Positions 47,552 through 58,575 are shown, counted from the stretch's first letter. The stretch: 64,000 bases of DNA from Desulfobacterales bacterium (GCA_963668645.2 CAXXWC010000021.1:1504001-1568000), one strand, 5' to 3'. Made by a program: numbers and translations. The notes: generated from the letters alone by a model not told the origin.

Positions 47552-49279
47552 TCACTGCGGATTCAAATCGAAGGCAATCAGGCTGCATTTGGCCTTGGAC
47601 AAAGCGATGGCCCCTTCTTTGGCCACCACGGCGATCACCAGTTCATCCACCCCGTCGTTGTCGAAATCCCCAACGGCAAAATCGCTGGCTCGCCCCGAAA
47701 ATGTGCGGGTTTTCCAGACCGGGACCAAACCGAGACCGTCCCAGCCCAGGGACTCGATCCGTGCTTTACTGAACGACCTGAAATCCTTTAACATATTCCT
47801 AACCAGCTCGTCATGCTGGGCAATGAGGATTTCAGGCTTCCCGTTGCGGTCGATATCCACGGTGCGGATGCGAAGAGGAAAAAACTGCTGGTTTTCTTCA
47901 CCGCGATCGATTCTGGGCAGGTTAAAGTAGGTGGTATTTCCGCCGGAGCGGTCCCCATCTTCCCAGAGCATCTCTCCATTGTTGCTGTAAATACGCAGCC
48001 GATCCCAATCCGAATAGGCTATGACGGCTCTTTCGCCGGGAGCGGTAATGTCCGCCAGGGTCAGCCCCAGCAGGTTGGCTTTGCCGCCTTTCAAAATCTG
48101 CAAGCCCGGAACCAGACGGCCGGCTTCCCAGTTCATTTCATAAATCTTGCCCTTGAAAATGGATTCCTGGGCCATAAGCTGGGACTGTCCTAAGAGCAGA
48201 GTTCCGCCGCTGCCAAGGGGCACGACCCGGTAGTACCAGGCTTCGCTGTCCAAGATGCGTTTGTATTCGCCGCCGATGTATTCCATGACAAAAGAGTTGA
48301 CCGTCGACCGCCCCGCCCCAAGACTCGTCACATAGATTTCAGGGATTCCGTTGCCGTTGATATCCCCCACATCGACACTGATGTAAACGCTGCGACCGGC
48401 CTGAGCGATATCGGCGGTTTTGATCAATTGACCGTTTTCAACCTTGTGGATCGAAACCGTATCTTCGGTAACGACCACCGTCTCGGTGCTACCATCGCCG
48501 TCCAGATCCGCAATGGCCAAACCGGTGATCAACTCCTTGAAACTGCGGCTTTTCCAGAAACCACCGCCCTCAGCGGTATCGAGCCGAATGCCGGTTGAGA
48601 TGAACGCCGGATTGGGTGCCGATCCCTGGCCGTCAGGGGTTGACATGTCCTGTGGCCCTGCTTGATGCATGCCTGACCGGAGTAATTTTTCCGGATGCAT
48701 ACGCGGATCGTAGGGCTGGGATTGTTGGGACAGGTCGGCGGCTGGACCACCCGATGCAGCGGAAGCCGCAGGGATCGCTCTGGCCACCTTGCGGCCGAAA
48801 ACGGTTTCGTTGATATTGGTGGCGAAATTGTTGATCTGGGGGATGACATCGCTCGTGCCGGAGGTCTGGGCGAAAAAGGGCAAGGGATCGCGTTTCCCGC
48901 TGACGTCAATCATGCTGGCGTCGATGCTGACGCTCTCACCGAAAATGGTCAGACTGCCGAAAAGGACATAATCGGCCTGAAGCTTGGCGCCGATTAACAT
49001 CGCGCGGCTTGCCCCTTCAAAACCCTCTCCGGCTGCCAGGGCGGACCGGGTATCGGCCTTGCTGATAATATTCACCTTGTCACTCCATGCCAAACGGGAA
49101 CTGAGCATGTCGGTGATCCCGGCCTGCAGGAAGCTCCAATCCTTTTCGGTATGCATATCGAAAGGCAAAATCGCCACGCGCAAGGCAGCGGCATGGGCCG
49201 GCGCGGCGCTGCACAAAGCCAGAACGGCCAGAACACTTAATACGATGTGACGGGTCGAGTGACGCAATGAGTTCTTCAA
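47552..49279 (-). CDS. Exported TolB-N/CsgG-like plus FG-GAP repeat protein (paralogue of 42863-44530)
   Basis: TTG 49279 after AGGAG; signal peptide; VAILPFDMH...GITDMLSSRL...ADYVLFGSLT; repeats ADLDGDG, GDINGNG, DIDRNG and GDFDNDG. Confidence 0.85.
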   Translation of the reverse strand: MKNSLRHSTRHIVLSVLAVLALCSAAPAHAAALRVAILPFDMHTEKDWSFLQAGITDMLSSRLAWSDKVNIISKADTRSALAAGEGFEGASRAMLIGAKLQADYVLFGSLTIFGESVSIDASMIDVSGKRDPLPFFAQTSGTSDVIPQINNFATNINETVFGRKVARAIPAASAASGGPAADLSQQSQPYDPRMHPEKLLRSGMHQAGPQDMSTPDGQGSAPNPAFISTGIRLDTAEGGGFWKSRSFKELITGLAIADLDGDGSTETVVVTEDTVSIHKVENGQLIKTADIAQAGRSVYISVDVGDINGNGIPEIYVTSLGAGRSTVNSFVMEYIGGEYKRILDSEAWYYRVVPLGSGGTLLLGQSQLMAQESIFKGKIYEMNWEAGRLVPGLQILKGGKANLLGLTLADITAPGERAVIAYSDWDRLRIYSNNGEMLWEDGDRSGGNTTYFNLPRIDRGEENQQFFPLRIRTVDIDRNGKPEILIAQHDELVRNMLKDFRSFSKARIESLGWDGLGLVPVWKTRTFSGRASDFAVGDFDNDGVDELVIAVVAKEGAIALSKAKCSLIAFDLNPQ

Positions 49280-49558
49280 TGGGCATCTCCTAAGCCGTAT
49301 TAAATTGACCCAACACCCTCCGCCCTCGCCGCCCAAAGGTGGGAGGAGGGCGGGCCTTTGGTCCTTGATGCATCTGACACGTATCGCCCGCAACCTATCT
49401 CCCGATTGTTGAACTGTCAAGATCGGACCCTTTGCGGTATTGATAAAGACGGATTGACAGATGATCCTACCGTTGTACGCACTTGAAACATCGCAAGCCG
49501 GATATCCGGTCTAAGACGCCAACCGCGCAGCCGCGCGGCGATTGAGTGAGGAGCCGCC

Positions 49559-50443
49559 ATGCAAGAAACCGACTTTGGACCCGTCCGTTTCATCCCCGGC
49601 CCCAACCGGGGTAACTCCCCCCACTGTCACTCGATCTACATCGAGGGTGCCAAGATCCTGATCGACCCGTCCGCCGATCGCGAGCGGCTCGCGCGGCTGC
49701 GCCGCAGCGAAGGGGTGCAAGAGGTCTGGCTGAGCCACTGGCATGAAGACCATTTCATGCATCTGGATCTATTCGAAGACCTGCCCGTTCGCATCCATCC
49801 GGCCGACGCCTCCCCCCTGGCGAGCCTGGATGCCTTCCTGGATGCTTACGGCATCGAGGCACCGGCTTTTCGCGAGCAATTCAGACGATGGCTGACCGAA
49901 ATATTCCACTTTAAGCCCCGGCACCTGCAAACCGATCTGGTGGGAGGGTTGAAGCTGAATCTTTCCTCCGTCACTGTGGACGTGATTCATACCCCGGGAC
50001 ACACCCCTGGACACCTCTGCTTTTTCTTCAGGGAACCGGGGATTCTGTTTCTGGGCGACTACGATCTGACCCCCTTCGGCCCCTGGTACGGAGATCTGCA
50101 CTCAAGCATCGAGGAGACCTTGGCGAGTATCGCACGCTTGCGCCGCATAGAGGCACGCACTTGGCTTGCCAGCCACGAAACCGGGATTTTCCGCCAGGCC
50201 CCGGATGCCCTCTGGGATGCGTATCTGGCGGTCATCGACCGGCGCCAGCAGAAACTGCAGCAATATCTGGTCGAACCACGCCGCTTCGAAGAGATCGTCG
50301 CTCAATGGATTGTCTATTGGAAGCCGCGCGAGCCCATCGATTTGTATCGATGGGCCGAAGGGGCCATGGTTAAAAAACATCTTGAATGGATGATGGCGGC
50401 CGGAACCGTCACCGAGAAAGACGGCCGTTACGCATTGGCTTGA
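49559..50443 (+). CDS. MBL-fold metallo-hydrolase
   Basis: LSHWHEDH, HTPGHTPGH, LGD and ASHE motifs. Confidence 0.9.
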   Translation: MQETDFGPVRFIPGPNRGNSPHCHSIYIEGAKILIDPSADRERLARLRRSEGVQEVWLSHWHEDHFMHLDLFEDLPVRIHPADASPLASLDAFLDAYGIEAPAFREQFRRWLTEIFHFKPRHLQTDLVGGLKLNLSSVTVDVIHTPGHTPGHLCFFFREPGILFLGDYDLTPFGPWYGDLHSSIEETLASIARLRRIEARTWLASHETGIFRQAPDALWDAYLAVIDRRQQKLQQYLVEPRRFEEIVAQWIVYWKPREPIDLYRWAEGAMVKKHLEWMMAAGTVTEKDGRYALA

Positions 50444-50559
50444 ATCAGGACCACCTGGACCGGGCTGCACGAGACCATATCCTATTGACAATTTTATTGG
50501 TATATTATCAAATCTCAAATCCATTGAGCCGTTGTTTTTTTCAAGCCGGGGAGCCTGCT

Positions 50560-52212
50560 ATGAAGCGCATCTTTGCGATCCCGCTCATCCTCCTGTTTGC
50601 CCAGATCGGCGCCTGCCCGATCCTGGCCGCAGCTGTGCCGTCCAATATCCAGGCGGTGACCGTTTTCAACGACCGGGCCCGGGTGATACGCAGCGCCAAG
50701 ACCGCCGTAAACGCCGGATTGAACGAAATCCGAATTCAGACCACGGCCTTTCGACTCGATCCCGACTCGGTCATGGCCCGGGTCTACGGCAAGGGAGAAC
50801 TGGCCGGCGTCCAATACCGGCAAGTCCCTATCGAGGGACACCCCCTGGAGAAAATCGAAACCCTTAAACAAAAGCTGCGCGATCTGGAACGGCGTCTGGC
50901 TGCGCTCGACGGCGAGAAGACGGTCCTGGACCGGCGCAGAGCCTTTCTCGACAGCTTCATCGAGTTTTCCAAAGTCCAGGTCCCCCGGGAAATCCAGACC
51001 CGCCTGCCAGACGTCCAGGCCCTGGAAAGCACCCTGGCCTTCGTCGAACGCGGCTACAGCGAAGCCAACAGTCAGCAGCAGGACCTGGATCTCAAGATCG
51101 AAACCCGGCGGCGCGAAATCGACTTGGTCCGCCGCGAGCTGGCGGCCCTGGAGAGCCCGGGTGAAAAACAGATCCAGGTCATCGAAATCCTTTTTCAGTC
51201 GCCCATCGCCCAGACCGTTCGCATCGAAGCCGAGTACCAGGTGGCAAACGCCTACTGGCGCCCCCTGTATCGGGCCTCGGTGCCGGAAACCGCCGAAAGC
51301 GTCACCCTGTCCCTCTTTGCCGCCATCTACCAGAAAAGTGGCGAAGACTGGTCCCAGGCCACCCTGACCGTATCCAACGCCCTGCCCCTGTCCGGTGCTC
51401 GGCTCCCCGACCTGGAACCCTGGATCGTGGATATGCCCCGTCCGATGACCAAAAGGATGCCGATGCGGACCTTGGACGCCGTGACCCTGAACGAGGCCCC
51501 GGCCCCCATGGCCGAAGGGCTGACAGCCGGAACTGGCGCCGAAACCACCCAAGCCGCTTTGGCCCAAGCCGAAGCACGCCGCTCGGCCCTGGCCGTTGAA
51601 TACACCCTCGCCCGTCCAGTGACGGTGACATCCCGGGACGAAGAAACCCTGCTGCCGGTTGCAACGCGAATCCTCGAAGGGGAATTTCACCATCTGGCGG
51701 TGCCCAAAATCCGTCCGACCGCCTTTTTGGTATGCCGCAGCACCGCCGACAGCGAGCTTCTGCCCGGTCCGATGCAGGTCTATTTTGCCGGTCAATATCT
51801 CGGCAAGACCCAATTGAGCCAGATGCGCGCCGGCGGCACCTTCGAGCTCAACCTCGGGGCGGACCGGTCCGTCCTGGTACGCCGCGAAAAGGTATCGGAC
51901 AAACGCCGCGAAACGTTCTTCGGCCAAATCGACCGCGACACCGTGGCCCGGGAAATCGCCTACCGCATCACCCTGGAAAACCTTAAAGACCGTCCGGTTA
52001 CGGTCCACCTTCTCGATCATGTGCCCGTGTCGCGAATCGACCGCATCCGCGTCGCGGACCTTGCCTTCGATCCGGCCCCGGACCAGCGCGACGACCAGGG
52101 CCGTGAAGGGGTGATGCGCTGGAAGCGGCGCCTGGCCCCCGGCCAAAAAAAAACGGTGCAAATCCGCTTCAGCGTCGCCTACCCCAAGGAAATCGGGGTG
52201 CCGGACTTTTAA
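50560..52212 (+). CDS. DUF4140/DUF4139 (mucoidy inhibitor MuiA-like) exported protein
   Basis: Signal peptide, IQAVTVFNDRARVIR, coiled coil, W.PLY, QKSGEDW, LLPG and DHVPVS motifs. Confidence 0.85.
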   Translation: MKRIFAIPLILLFAQIGACPILAAAVPSNIQAVTVFNDRARVIRSAKTAVNAGLNEIRIQTTAFRLDPDSVMARVYGKGELAGVQYRQVPIEGHPLEKIETLKQKLRDLERRLAALDGEKTVLDRRRAFLDSFIEFSKVQVPREIQTRLPDVQALESTLAFVERGYSEANSQQQDLDLKIETRRREIDLVRRELAALESPGEKQIQVIEILFQSPIAQTVRIEAEYQVANAYWRPLYRASVPETAESVTLSLFAAIYQKSGEDWSQATLTVSNALPLSGARLPDLEPWIVDMPRPMTKRMPMRTLDAVTLNEAPAPMAEGLTAGTGAETTQAALAQAEARRSALAVEYTLARPVTVTSRDEETLLPVATRILEGEFHHLAVPKIRPTAFLVCRSTADSELLPGPMQVYFAGQYLGKTQLSQMRAGGTFELNLGADRSVLVRREKVSDKRRETFFGQIDRDTVAREIAYRITLENLKDRPVTVHLLDHVPVSRIDRIRVADLAFDPAPDQRDDQGREGVMRWKRRLAPGQKKTVQIRFSVAYPKEIGVPDF

Positions 52213-52314
52213 AAAAGCGCTTCGACGGTTTGAAACGATCCCGGGCAGTCGCAGGATGACTGCCCGGGGTGCTTCAGCTCCAAACAATCATATCAATCCA
52301 TCGAGGAGGCCTGA

Positions 52315-55065
52315 GTGGACACGAAATCGGATAAATGGGTCTATCTGTTCGATGAATTCGACCAGGCGCAGGACTATGCCGCCGCCCAGGGGGACACGAT
52401 CAGGGGACTGCTGGGCGGCAAAGGAGCCAACCTGGCCGAAATGGTGCGCATCGGGCTGCCGGTCCCCCCGGGGCTGATCATCACCACCGAAGCCTGTAAC
52501 GCATACCTTGACTCGGGCGGGGCCTTTCCCGAGAAGATGTGGGACCAAGTTCTCGACGCTTTGGTTACCGTGGAAAAGGCCGCCGGCCGCAGTTTCGGCG
52601 ACGCGGACAACCCGTTGCTGGTCTCGTGCCGCTCGGGGGCCAAATTCTCCATGCCCGGAATGATGGACACGGTGCTCAACATCGGGCTCAACGATCAGAC
52701 CGCCCAGGGCATGACCCGGCTCACCGATGACCCGCGCTTCGTCTACGACGCTTACCGCCGTCTGATCCAGATGTTCGGCACGGTGGTGATGGAAATCCCG
52801 GACGAACCGTTCGAGGCTGCGCTCACCGATGCGCGTCGCGCCGCCCGGGTCAAAAGCGACGCCGAACTGAACGCGGTAAACTGGCAGCACGTGGTGGAAC
52901 GCTTCAAGACCATCTACCGGCGTTATACCAACCGCAACTTTCCCGAGGACGCCTATGCCCAGCTCATGATGGCCACCGAGGCGGTCTTTCGCAGCTGGAA
53001 CGGCAAGCGGGCCATCGATTACCGCAACGCCGCCGGCATCGCCCACGATCTTGGCACTGCGGTGAATATCGTTACCATGGTCTTCGGCAACATGGGCAAC
53101 GACAGCGCCACCGGGGTGGCCATGACCCGCAACGGCCGAACCGGTGAAAAACAGATCGAAGGCGACTATCTGATCAACGCCCAGGGCGAAGACGTGGTGG
53201 CCGGGATCCGCATGACCGAAGATATTGCGGGTCTCAAGAAGGCCATGCCGGCCGTCTGGGATCAATTCGAGCAGATCTGCACCCGGCTCGAAACCCATTA
53301 CCGGGAAATGCAGGATGTGGAATTCACCATCGAGCGGGGCAAGCTGTGGATGCTCCAGACCCGCGACGGCAAGCGCACGGCCCAGGCCGCGGTGCGCATC
53401 GCGGTGGAGATGGTCGAAGAGGGGCTGATCTCGCGCGAAGAGGCCGTCATGCGGGTCACCCCGGCCCAGGTGGATTTCTTTCTCCATCCTCAGTTCGACG
53501 GCGAGGCGATCCGGGCCGCAAAGGCCTCGGGCGATTTTCTGGCCTCGGGGCTCAACGTCTCGCCCGGCGCGGCCTGCGGGGTCGTGGCCTTCGACGCGGA
53601 CATCGCAGAGGCCTGGAGCAAGAAAAACGGCAAGGATGTGATCATGGTGCGGCCCGAGACCAAACCGGACGATGTGCACGGGATGCTGGCGGCCCAGGGG
53701 ATCCTGACCACCCGCGGCGGCCGCACGAGCCACGCGGCCCTGGTGGCGCGCCAGTTCGGCAAGCCGGCTGTAGTGGGGGTCGCGGCACTGGAAATCGATC
53801 TGACCAAGCGGCTGATGCGCGTCGGTGAAACGGTGATTCACGAAGGGGACTGGATCAGCATCGACGGATCCAGCGGTGAGGTCTTCAAAGAAAAGCTGCC
53901 CACCATGGTGCCGGATATCCGTGACCCGTGGCTCAAGCGCCTGCTCTCCTGGGCCGACCGCTTCCGACGCCTGGGTGTCTGGGCCAATGCCGACTATCCC
54001 CAGGACGCCCAGCGGGCACTGGACTACGGGGCCCAGGGGATCGGCCTTTGCCGCACCGAGCACATGTTCTTCGAGGCGGACCGGCTGCCCCACGTGCAAA
54101 AGATGATCATGACCGATCTGCCCATCGAACGGCGCGAGGCCCTCAACGCCCTGCTCCCGTACCAAAAGGAAGACTTTGCCGGTCTGTTCCGGGTAATGAA
54201 CGGACTGCCGGTGATCGTACGGCTCATCGATCCGCCCCTGCACGAGTTTTTACCGAGCCGCAGCGAGCTGCTGCGCGAACTGGCCGATCTCAAGATCCGT
54301 ATCCAGCACGCACCCAACCTCAAGCAGATCGACGCCCTGCTCGAACAGGTGCGCCAGAAAGAACAGATTCTCAAACGCGTCGAGAGCCTGCACGAACAAA
54401 ATCCCATGCTCGGATTGCGCGGGGTGCGCCTGGGGATTCATATCCCCGAGCTGACCACCATGCAGGTGCATGCCATTTTCGAAGCGGCCTGCGAAGTCAC
54501 CCTGGAGGGAATCGCGGTCCACCCGGAAATCATGATCCCCCTCACCAGCCATGTGAACGAACTCAAGATCCAGCGCCGGGTGCTCGAAGAAGAGGCCAAA
54601 CGGGTGATGGAGCAGCAGAAGGTCAAAATCGAATACAAGTTCGGCACGATGATCGAAATTCCGCGGGCGGCGGTCACCGCCGGCCAGATCGCCGAATACG
54701 CCGAATTTTTCTCTTTCGGCACCAACGATCTGACCCAGACCACCTACGGGATCTCACGCGACGACGCCGAGGCGGCCTTTCTGATCAAGTACATGGAAGA
54801 AGGGATCCTGCCGGGCAACCCCTTCGACACCATCGACCAAGATGGCGTGGGGGCCCTGATGCGCATCGCCGTGGACCAGGGCCGCCGGGTGCGCGACGGG
54901 CTCGAATGCGGGATCTGCGGCGAGCACGGCGGGGATCCGAAGTCCATCGAGTTCTGCCACCAGATCGGCCTGAGCTATGTGTCCTGCTCGCCGTTCCGGG
55001 TCCCCATCGCCCGTCTGGCCGCGGCCCATGCCGCGATCCGCGAACAGCTCGCCACGGGCAAATAA
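52315..55065 (+). CDS. ppdK: Pyruvate, phosphate dikinase
   Basis: LLGGKGANLAEM, SMPGMMDT, GGRTSHAA, GIGLCRTEHMF, FSFGTNDLTQ and GICGEHGGDP motifs; GTG start after GAGGAGG. Confidence 0.98.
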   Translation: MDTKSDKWVYLFDEFDQAQDYAAAQGDTIRGLLGGKGANLAEMVRIGLPVPPGLIITTEACNAYLDSGGAFPEKMWDQVLDALVTVEKAAGRSFGDADNPLLVSCRSGAKFSMPGMMDTVLNIGLNDQTAQGMTRLTDDPRFVYDAYRRLIQMFGTVVMEIPDEPFEAALTDARRAARVKSDAELNAVNWQHVVERFKTIYRRYTNRNFPEDAYAQLMMATEAVFRSWNGKRAIDYRNAAGIAHDLGTAVNIVTMVFGNMGNDSATGVAMTRNGRTGEKQIEGDYLINAQGEDVVAGIRMTEDIAGLKKAMPAVWDQFEQICTRLETHYREMQDVEFTIERGKLWMLQTRDGKRTAQAAVRIAVEMVEEGLISREEAVMRVTPAQVDFFLHPQFDGEAIRAAKASGDFLASGLNVSPGAACGVVAFDADIAEAWSKKNGKDVIMVRPETKPDDVHGMLAAQGILTTRGGRTSHAALVARQFGKPAVVGVAALEIDLTKRLMRVGETVIHEGDWISIDGSSGEVFKEKLPTMVPDIRDPWLKRLLSWADRFRRLGVWANADYPQDAQRALDYGAQGIGLCRTEHMFFEADRLPHVQKMIMTDLPIERREALNALLPYQKEDFAGLFRVMNGLPVIVRLIDPPLHEFLPSRSELLRELADLKIRIQHAPNLKQIDALLEQVRQKEQILKRVESLHEQNPMLGLRGVRLGIHIPELTTMQVHAIFEAACEVTLEGIAVHPEIMIPLTSHVNELKIQRRVLEEEAKRVMEQQKVKIEYKFGTMIEIPRAAVTAGQIAEYAEFFSFGTNDLTQTTYGISRDDAEAAFLIKYMEEGILPGNPFDTIDQDGVGALMRIAVDQGRRVRDGLECGICGEHGGDPKSIEFCHQIGLSYVSCSPFRVPIARLAAAHAAIREQLATGK

Positions 55066-55088
55066 GATCAGCGAAGATACCCGGACGC

Positions 55089-55127
55089 AAAAAAAGAGCC
55101 GAGGGGAGTGCGCTCCCCTCGGCTCTT
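55089..55127. terminator. Terminator between convergent ppdK and ahcY
   Basis: AAGAGCCGAGGGGAG-TGCG-CTCCCCTCGGCTCTT; the A-run gives a U-tract on the minus strand. Confidence 0.85.
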
Positions 55128-55158
55128 GGTGAATAGACCGTCTGAATTGTCGCCAAGA

Positions 55159-56577
55159 TCAGTAGCGGTAATGTTCCGGTTTGTAGGGGCCGTCCGGCGG
55201 CACACCGATATAATCGGCCTGGGACTGGGTCATGCGCGTCAGCCGGGCCCCCAGATGCGCCAAGTGCAGCCGGGCCACCTCCTCGTCAAGCCGCTTGCCC
55301 AGACGGTAGACCCCCACGGCCCGCTCCCGGTTGCGCCACAGGTCGATCTGGGCCAGGGTCTGGTTGGTGAACGAACTGCTCATCACGAAGCTCGGATGCC
55401 CCGTGGCGCAGCCCAGGTTGACCAGCCTTCCTTCGGCCAGAAGATAGATCGCGTGCCCGTCGGCAAAGGTGAACCGGTGCACCGGGCACTCGGCCCCCTT
55501 GATCTGCTCGACCCGGACCCCGGGCCAGGCCCGCAGTCTGCCCACCTGGATCTCGTTGTCGAAATGGCCGATGTTGCACACGATGGCCTGGTCCTTCATC
55601 TTGGCCATGTGCTCGGCGCGAATCACGTCGCAGTTGCCCGTGGTGGTCACATAGATGTCGGCCAGCGGCAGGGCGTCTTCCACCGTGCAGACCTTGAACC
55701 CGGCCATGCAGGCCTGCAGGGCGCAGATCGGGTCCACTTCGCTGACCAGCACCCGGGCCCGCTCGTTGCGCATGGCCTCGGCGCTGCCCTTGCCCACGTC
55801 CCCGTAGCCGCAGATCATCACCGTCTTGCCTGAAATGAGCACGTCCATGGCCCGCTTGATCCCGTCGGTGAGCGAGTGGCGGCACCCGTAGATGTTGTCG
55901 AACTTGGACTTGGTCACCGAGTCGTTGACGTTGATGGCCGGCACGAGCAGCTCGCCGCGCTCCATCATCTGGTAGAGCCGGTGCACCCCGGTGGTGGTCT
56001 CCTCCGAGACCCCCTTCCACCCGGCCACGTGGCGCTGCCAGAAGGCGGGATCTTCTTGCTGCAAATCCTTGAGCAGGCCGTTGATGATGGAAAGCTCCGG
56101 GTTGTCGGTGGGTACATCCAGGATCGCCGGGTCCTTTTCGGCGGAGTAGCCCCGGTGCATCAGCAAGGTGGCGTCCCCGCCGTCGTCCACGATCAGCTGG
56201 GGGCCGCTGCCGTCGGGCCAGGTCATGGCCTTGAGGGTGCACCACCAGTAGTCTTGCAGGGTTTCACCCTTCCAGGCGTAGACCGGAATGTTCCGGGCCG
56301 CGATGGCCGCGGCGGCCTGGTCCTGGGTGGAAAAGATGTTGCATGAGGCCCAGCGTACGCTGGCGCCCAGTTCGACCAGGGTTTCGATGAGCACCGCGGT
56401 CTGGATCGTCATGTGCAAACTGCCCATGACGCGCACCCCGGCCAGGGGTTTTTGCGGTCCGTACTTGGCCCGGGTGGCCATCAGGCCGGGCATTTCCTTT
56501 TCGGCAATCTCTATCTCCCGGCGGCCGGCCTCGGCCAGGGTGATGTCGGCGACCTTGTAGTCGGGCATGCGGGTCAT
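55159..56577 (-). CDS. ahcY: Adenosylhomocysteinase
   Basis: [48 protein letters not shown] and [10 protein letters not shown] motifs. Confidence 0.98.
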   Translation of the reverse strand: MTRMPDYKVADITLAEAGRREIEIAEKEMPGLMATRAKYGPQKPLAGVRVMGSLHMTIQTAVLIETLVELGASVRWASCNIFSTQDQAAAAIAARNIPVYAWKGETLQDYWWCTLKAMTWPDGSGPQLIVDDGGDATLLMHRGYSAEKDPAILDVPTDNPELSIINGLLKDLQQEDPAFWQRHVAGWKGVSEETTTGVHRLYQMMERGELLVPAINVNDSVTKSKFDNIYGCRHSLTDGIKRAMDVLISGKTVMICGYGDVGKGSAEAMRNERARVLVSEVDPICALQACMAGFKVCTVEDALPLADIYVTTTGNCDVIRAEHMAKMKDQAIVCNIGHFDNEIQVGRLRAWPGVRVEQIKGAECPVHRFTFADGHAIYLLAEGRLVNLGCATGHPSFVMSSSFTNQTLAQIDLWRNRERAVGVYRLGKRLDEEVARLHLAHLGARLTRMTQSQADYIGVPPDGPYKPEHYRY

Positions 56578-56670
56578 GGTCTTTGTCCTTGATGGCGGTG
56601 GAATCGTCAAATGTGATGCCCGGCACTGTCGCAAACGCCGGGCATTTAAAGGCTTCAAGTTAGCGAGCCA

Positions 56671-56699
56671 AAACTAAGGAATCCATCCCGGCTTGTCAA
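56671..56699 (-). promoter_or_regulatory. Putative sigma70 promoter of ahcY
   Basis: Minus strand TTGACA-N17-TAGTTT. Confidence 0.6.
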
Positions 56700-56920
56700 C
56701 CTTGCCGCCGCTTGCCCGGCAAGCCTCTGGGCATCCAACCGGTTGACAGGGCATACAACTGCTTTATTTTAAAAAGATTTTAATAAAACCAAACTGTTTC
56801 ACAGGCTTGACAGCGAGATGAATCTTGCCTATAAAACCCGTTTTTCAGCCCTGCGTGAAATCAGGGCAATTGAACGGTATGTGCGGGAGCACGTTCACAA
56901 CGCTTCGCAAGGATGGCAAC

Positions 56921-57856
56921 ATGATCCAGGTCGACAACCTGACCAAGTATTACGGCGCCTTTTGCGCCGTCAACCAGATCAATTTCAACATCACCCGGGG
57001 TGAGATTCTCGGGCTTCTCGGGCCCAACGGCGCCGGCAAGACCACTACCCTGCGCATGCTCACCGGCTTTCTCAAGCCTTCGGCAGGAACCATCCGGGTC
57101 GGCGAGATGGACATCGCCAGCCACACCCTTGAGGTCAAGCGTTTGATGGGCTACCTGCCTGAATCGGCGCCGCTGTACCAGGATATGCTGGTCTTCGACT
57201 ACCTGCGTTATGTGGCCGATGTCAGGGGATTGGGGCCCGCCGCAGGCACCGAACGCATAAAACGCCTGGCCGAATTGTGCCAGATCGGCAGCGTGATGCA
57301 CCGGCCCATCGGGATCCTTTCAAAGGGTTATAAGCAGCGTGTGGGACTGGCCCACGCCATGATGAGCGATCCGGAAATTCTTATTCTGGACGAACCCACC
57401 AGCGGCCTGGATCCCAACCAGATCGTCGAAATCCGGGACATTATCCGGGAAATCGGCCGCCAGAAGACCGTGATCCTCTCTACCCACATCCTGCCCGAGG
57501 CCGAGGCCACCTGCGACCGGATACTGATCATCCACCAGGGGCACATCGCCGCCGATGGCAGCACGGAGCAGATCAAACGCTCGGCGGCCGGCGAATACGT
57601 GGTCAACCTGGCCCTGAGCGACGCGCCGCCCGATGAGGTTCAAAAACGCCTCGGGGCCGTCGCCGGCGTCAGCAGCGTGCAGACCAGCCAGGAAGCCGGC
57701 GGCTTGGTGCGGGCGATGCTGGCCTGCAGCAGCGACACGGACCTGCGCCCGGAGATATATCGGACCGTCAAAGCCACCGACTGGACTCTGATGGAGCTCA
57801 GCCAGGAGACCCAAACCTTGGAGTCCATCTTTCGCAAACTGACCCGGGAGAACTGA
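56921..57856 (+). CDS. ABC transporter ATP-binding protein (GldA-like)
   Basis: GPNGAGKTT, LSKGYKQRVG, ILDEPTSGLDP and STH motifs. Confidence 0.93.
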   Translation: MIQVDNLTKYYGAFCAVNQINFNITRGEILGLLGPNGAGKTTTLRMLTGFLKPSAGTIRVGEMDIASHTLEVKRLMGYLPESAPLYQDMLVFDYLRYVADVRGLGPAAGTERIKRLAELCQIGSVMHRPIGILSKGYKQRVGLAHAMMSDPEILILDEPTSGLDPNQIVEIRDIIREIGRQKTVILSTHILPEAEATCDRILIIHQGHIAADGSTEQIKRSAAGEYVVNLALSDAPPDEVQKRLGAVAGVSSVQTSQEAGGLVRAMLACSSDTDLRPEIYRTVKATDWTLMELSQETQTLESIFRKLTREN

Positions 57857-57860
57857 AGCG

Positions 57861-58565
57861 ATGCGCCAAGCGTGGTTCATTTTCATTAGAGAGTTCAAGG
57901 CATACTTCGTTTCACCGGTGGCCTACATCGTCATCAGCCTCTTTTTGCTGGCCACCGGTTGGTTTTTCTTTACCACCTTCTTTATTTTCAACCAGGCGGA
58001 TCTGCGCAACTTTTTCGCCATGCTGCCGCAGATCTTCTCCTTTGTGGTACCGGCCATCACCATGCGGTTGCTGGCCGAGGAGCTCAATATCGGATCCTAC
58101 GAAACCCTGCTCACCTTGCCGGTGACCACCGGGCAGGTGATCTTGGGCAAGTTTCTGGCCGCCACGGCCTTCGTGGCCGCCATGCTTGCCCCGACCCTGG
58201 CCTACCCGGCCACCATCTCCCTGATCGGCCACCTCGATTGGGGGCCGGTGATCGGCGGCTACGCCGGGGCGATGCTCCTCGGGTCAGCCTTTGCCGCCAT
58301 CGGGCTTTTCGCCTCTTCGCTGACCCGCAGCCAGATCGTGGCCTTTATCGTCGGTCTGGCCATCTGCTTCGCCTTGAGCCTGGTGGGCCGCATCCTTTTG
58401 CTGCTGCCGGAACAAATCGTCGGCCTGCTCCAATACATCGGAACCGATTTTCACTTTCAGAACATCGCCAAAGGGGTGGTGGACACCCGTGACCTGATCT
58501 ATTTTGCCAGCCTGGTGTTCATCGGGCTCTATGCCACCCACCTGAGCATTCACGAGAAGAAATAG
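57861..58565 (+). CDS. ABC-2 permease (GldF-like)
   Basis: REFKAYF.SP.AY, PAITMRL.AEE...G..E.LLTLP and D.RDLIYF motifs. Confidence 0.9.
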   Translation: MRQAWFIFIREFKAYFVSPVAYIVISLFLLATGWFFFTTFFIFNQADLRNFFAMLPQIFSFVVPAITMRLLAEELNIGSYETLLTLPVTTGQVILGKFLAATAFVAAMLAPTLAYPATISLIGHLDWGPVIGGYAGAMLLGSAFAAIGLFASSLTRSQIVAFIVGLAICFALSLVGRILLLLPEQIVGLLQYIGTDFHFQNIAKGVVDTRDLIYFASLVFIGLYATHLSIHEKK

Positions 58566-58575
58566 GGAGCCTTCG

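Noticed and set aside
52288..54243. Long antisense ORFs (also 1748-3484, 27806-29434, 34717-36240, 39050-40786, 50515-52287, 58519-60069)
   Set aside because: These are shadow frames opposite well-identified genes, expected from GC-rich codon bias.
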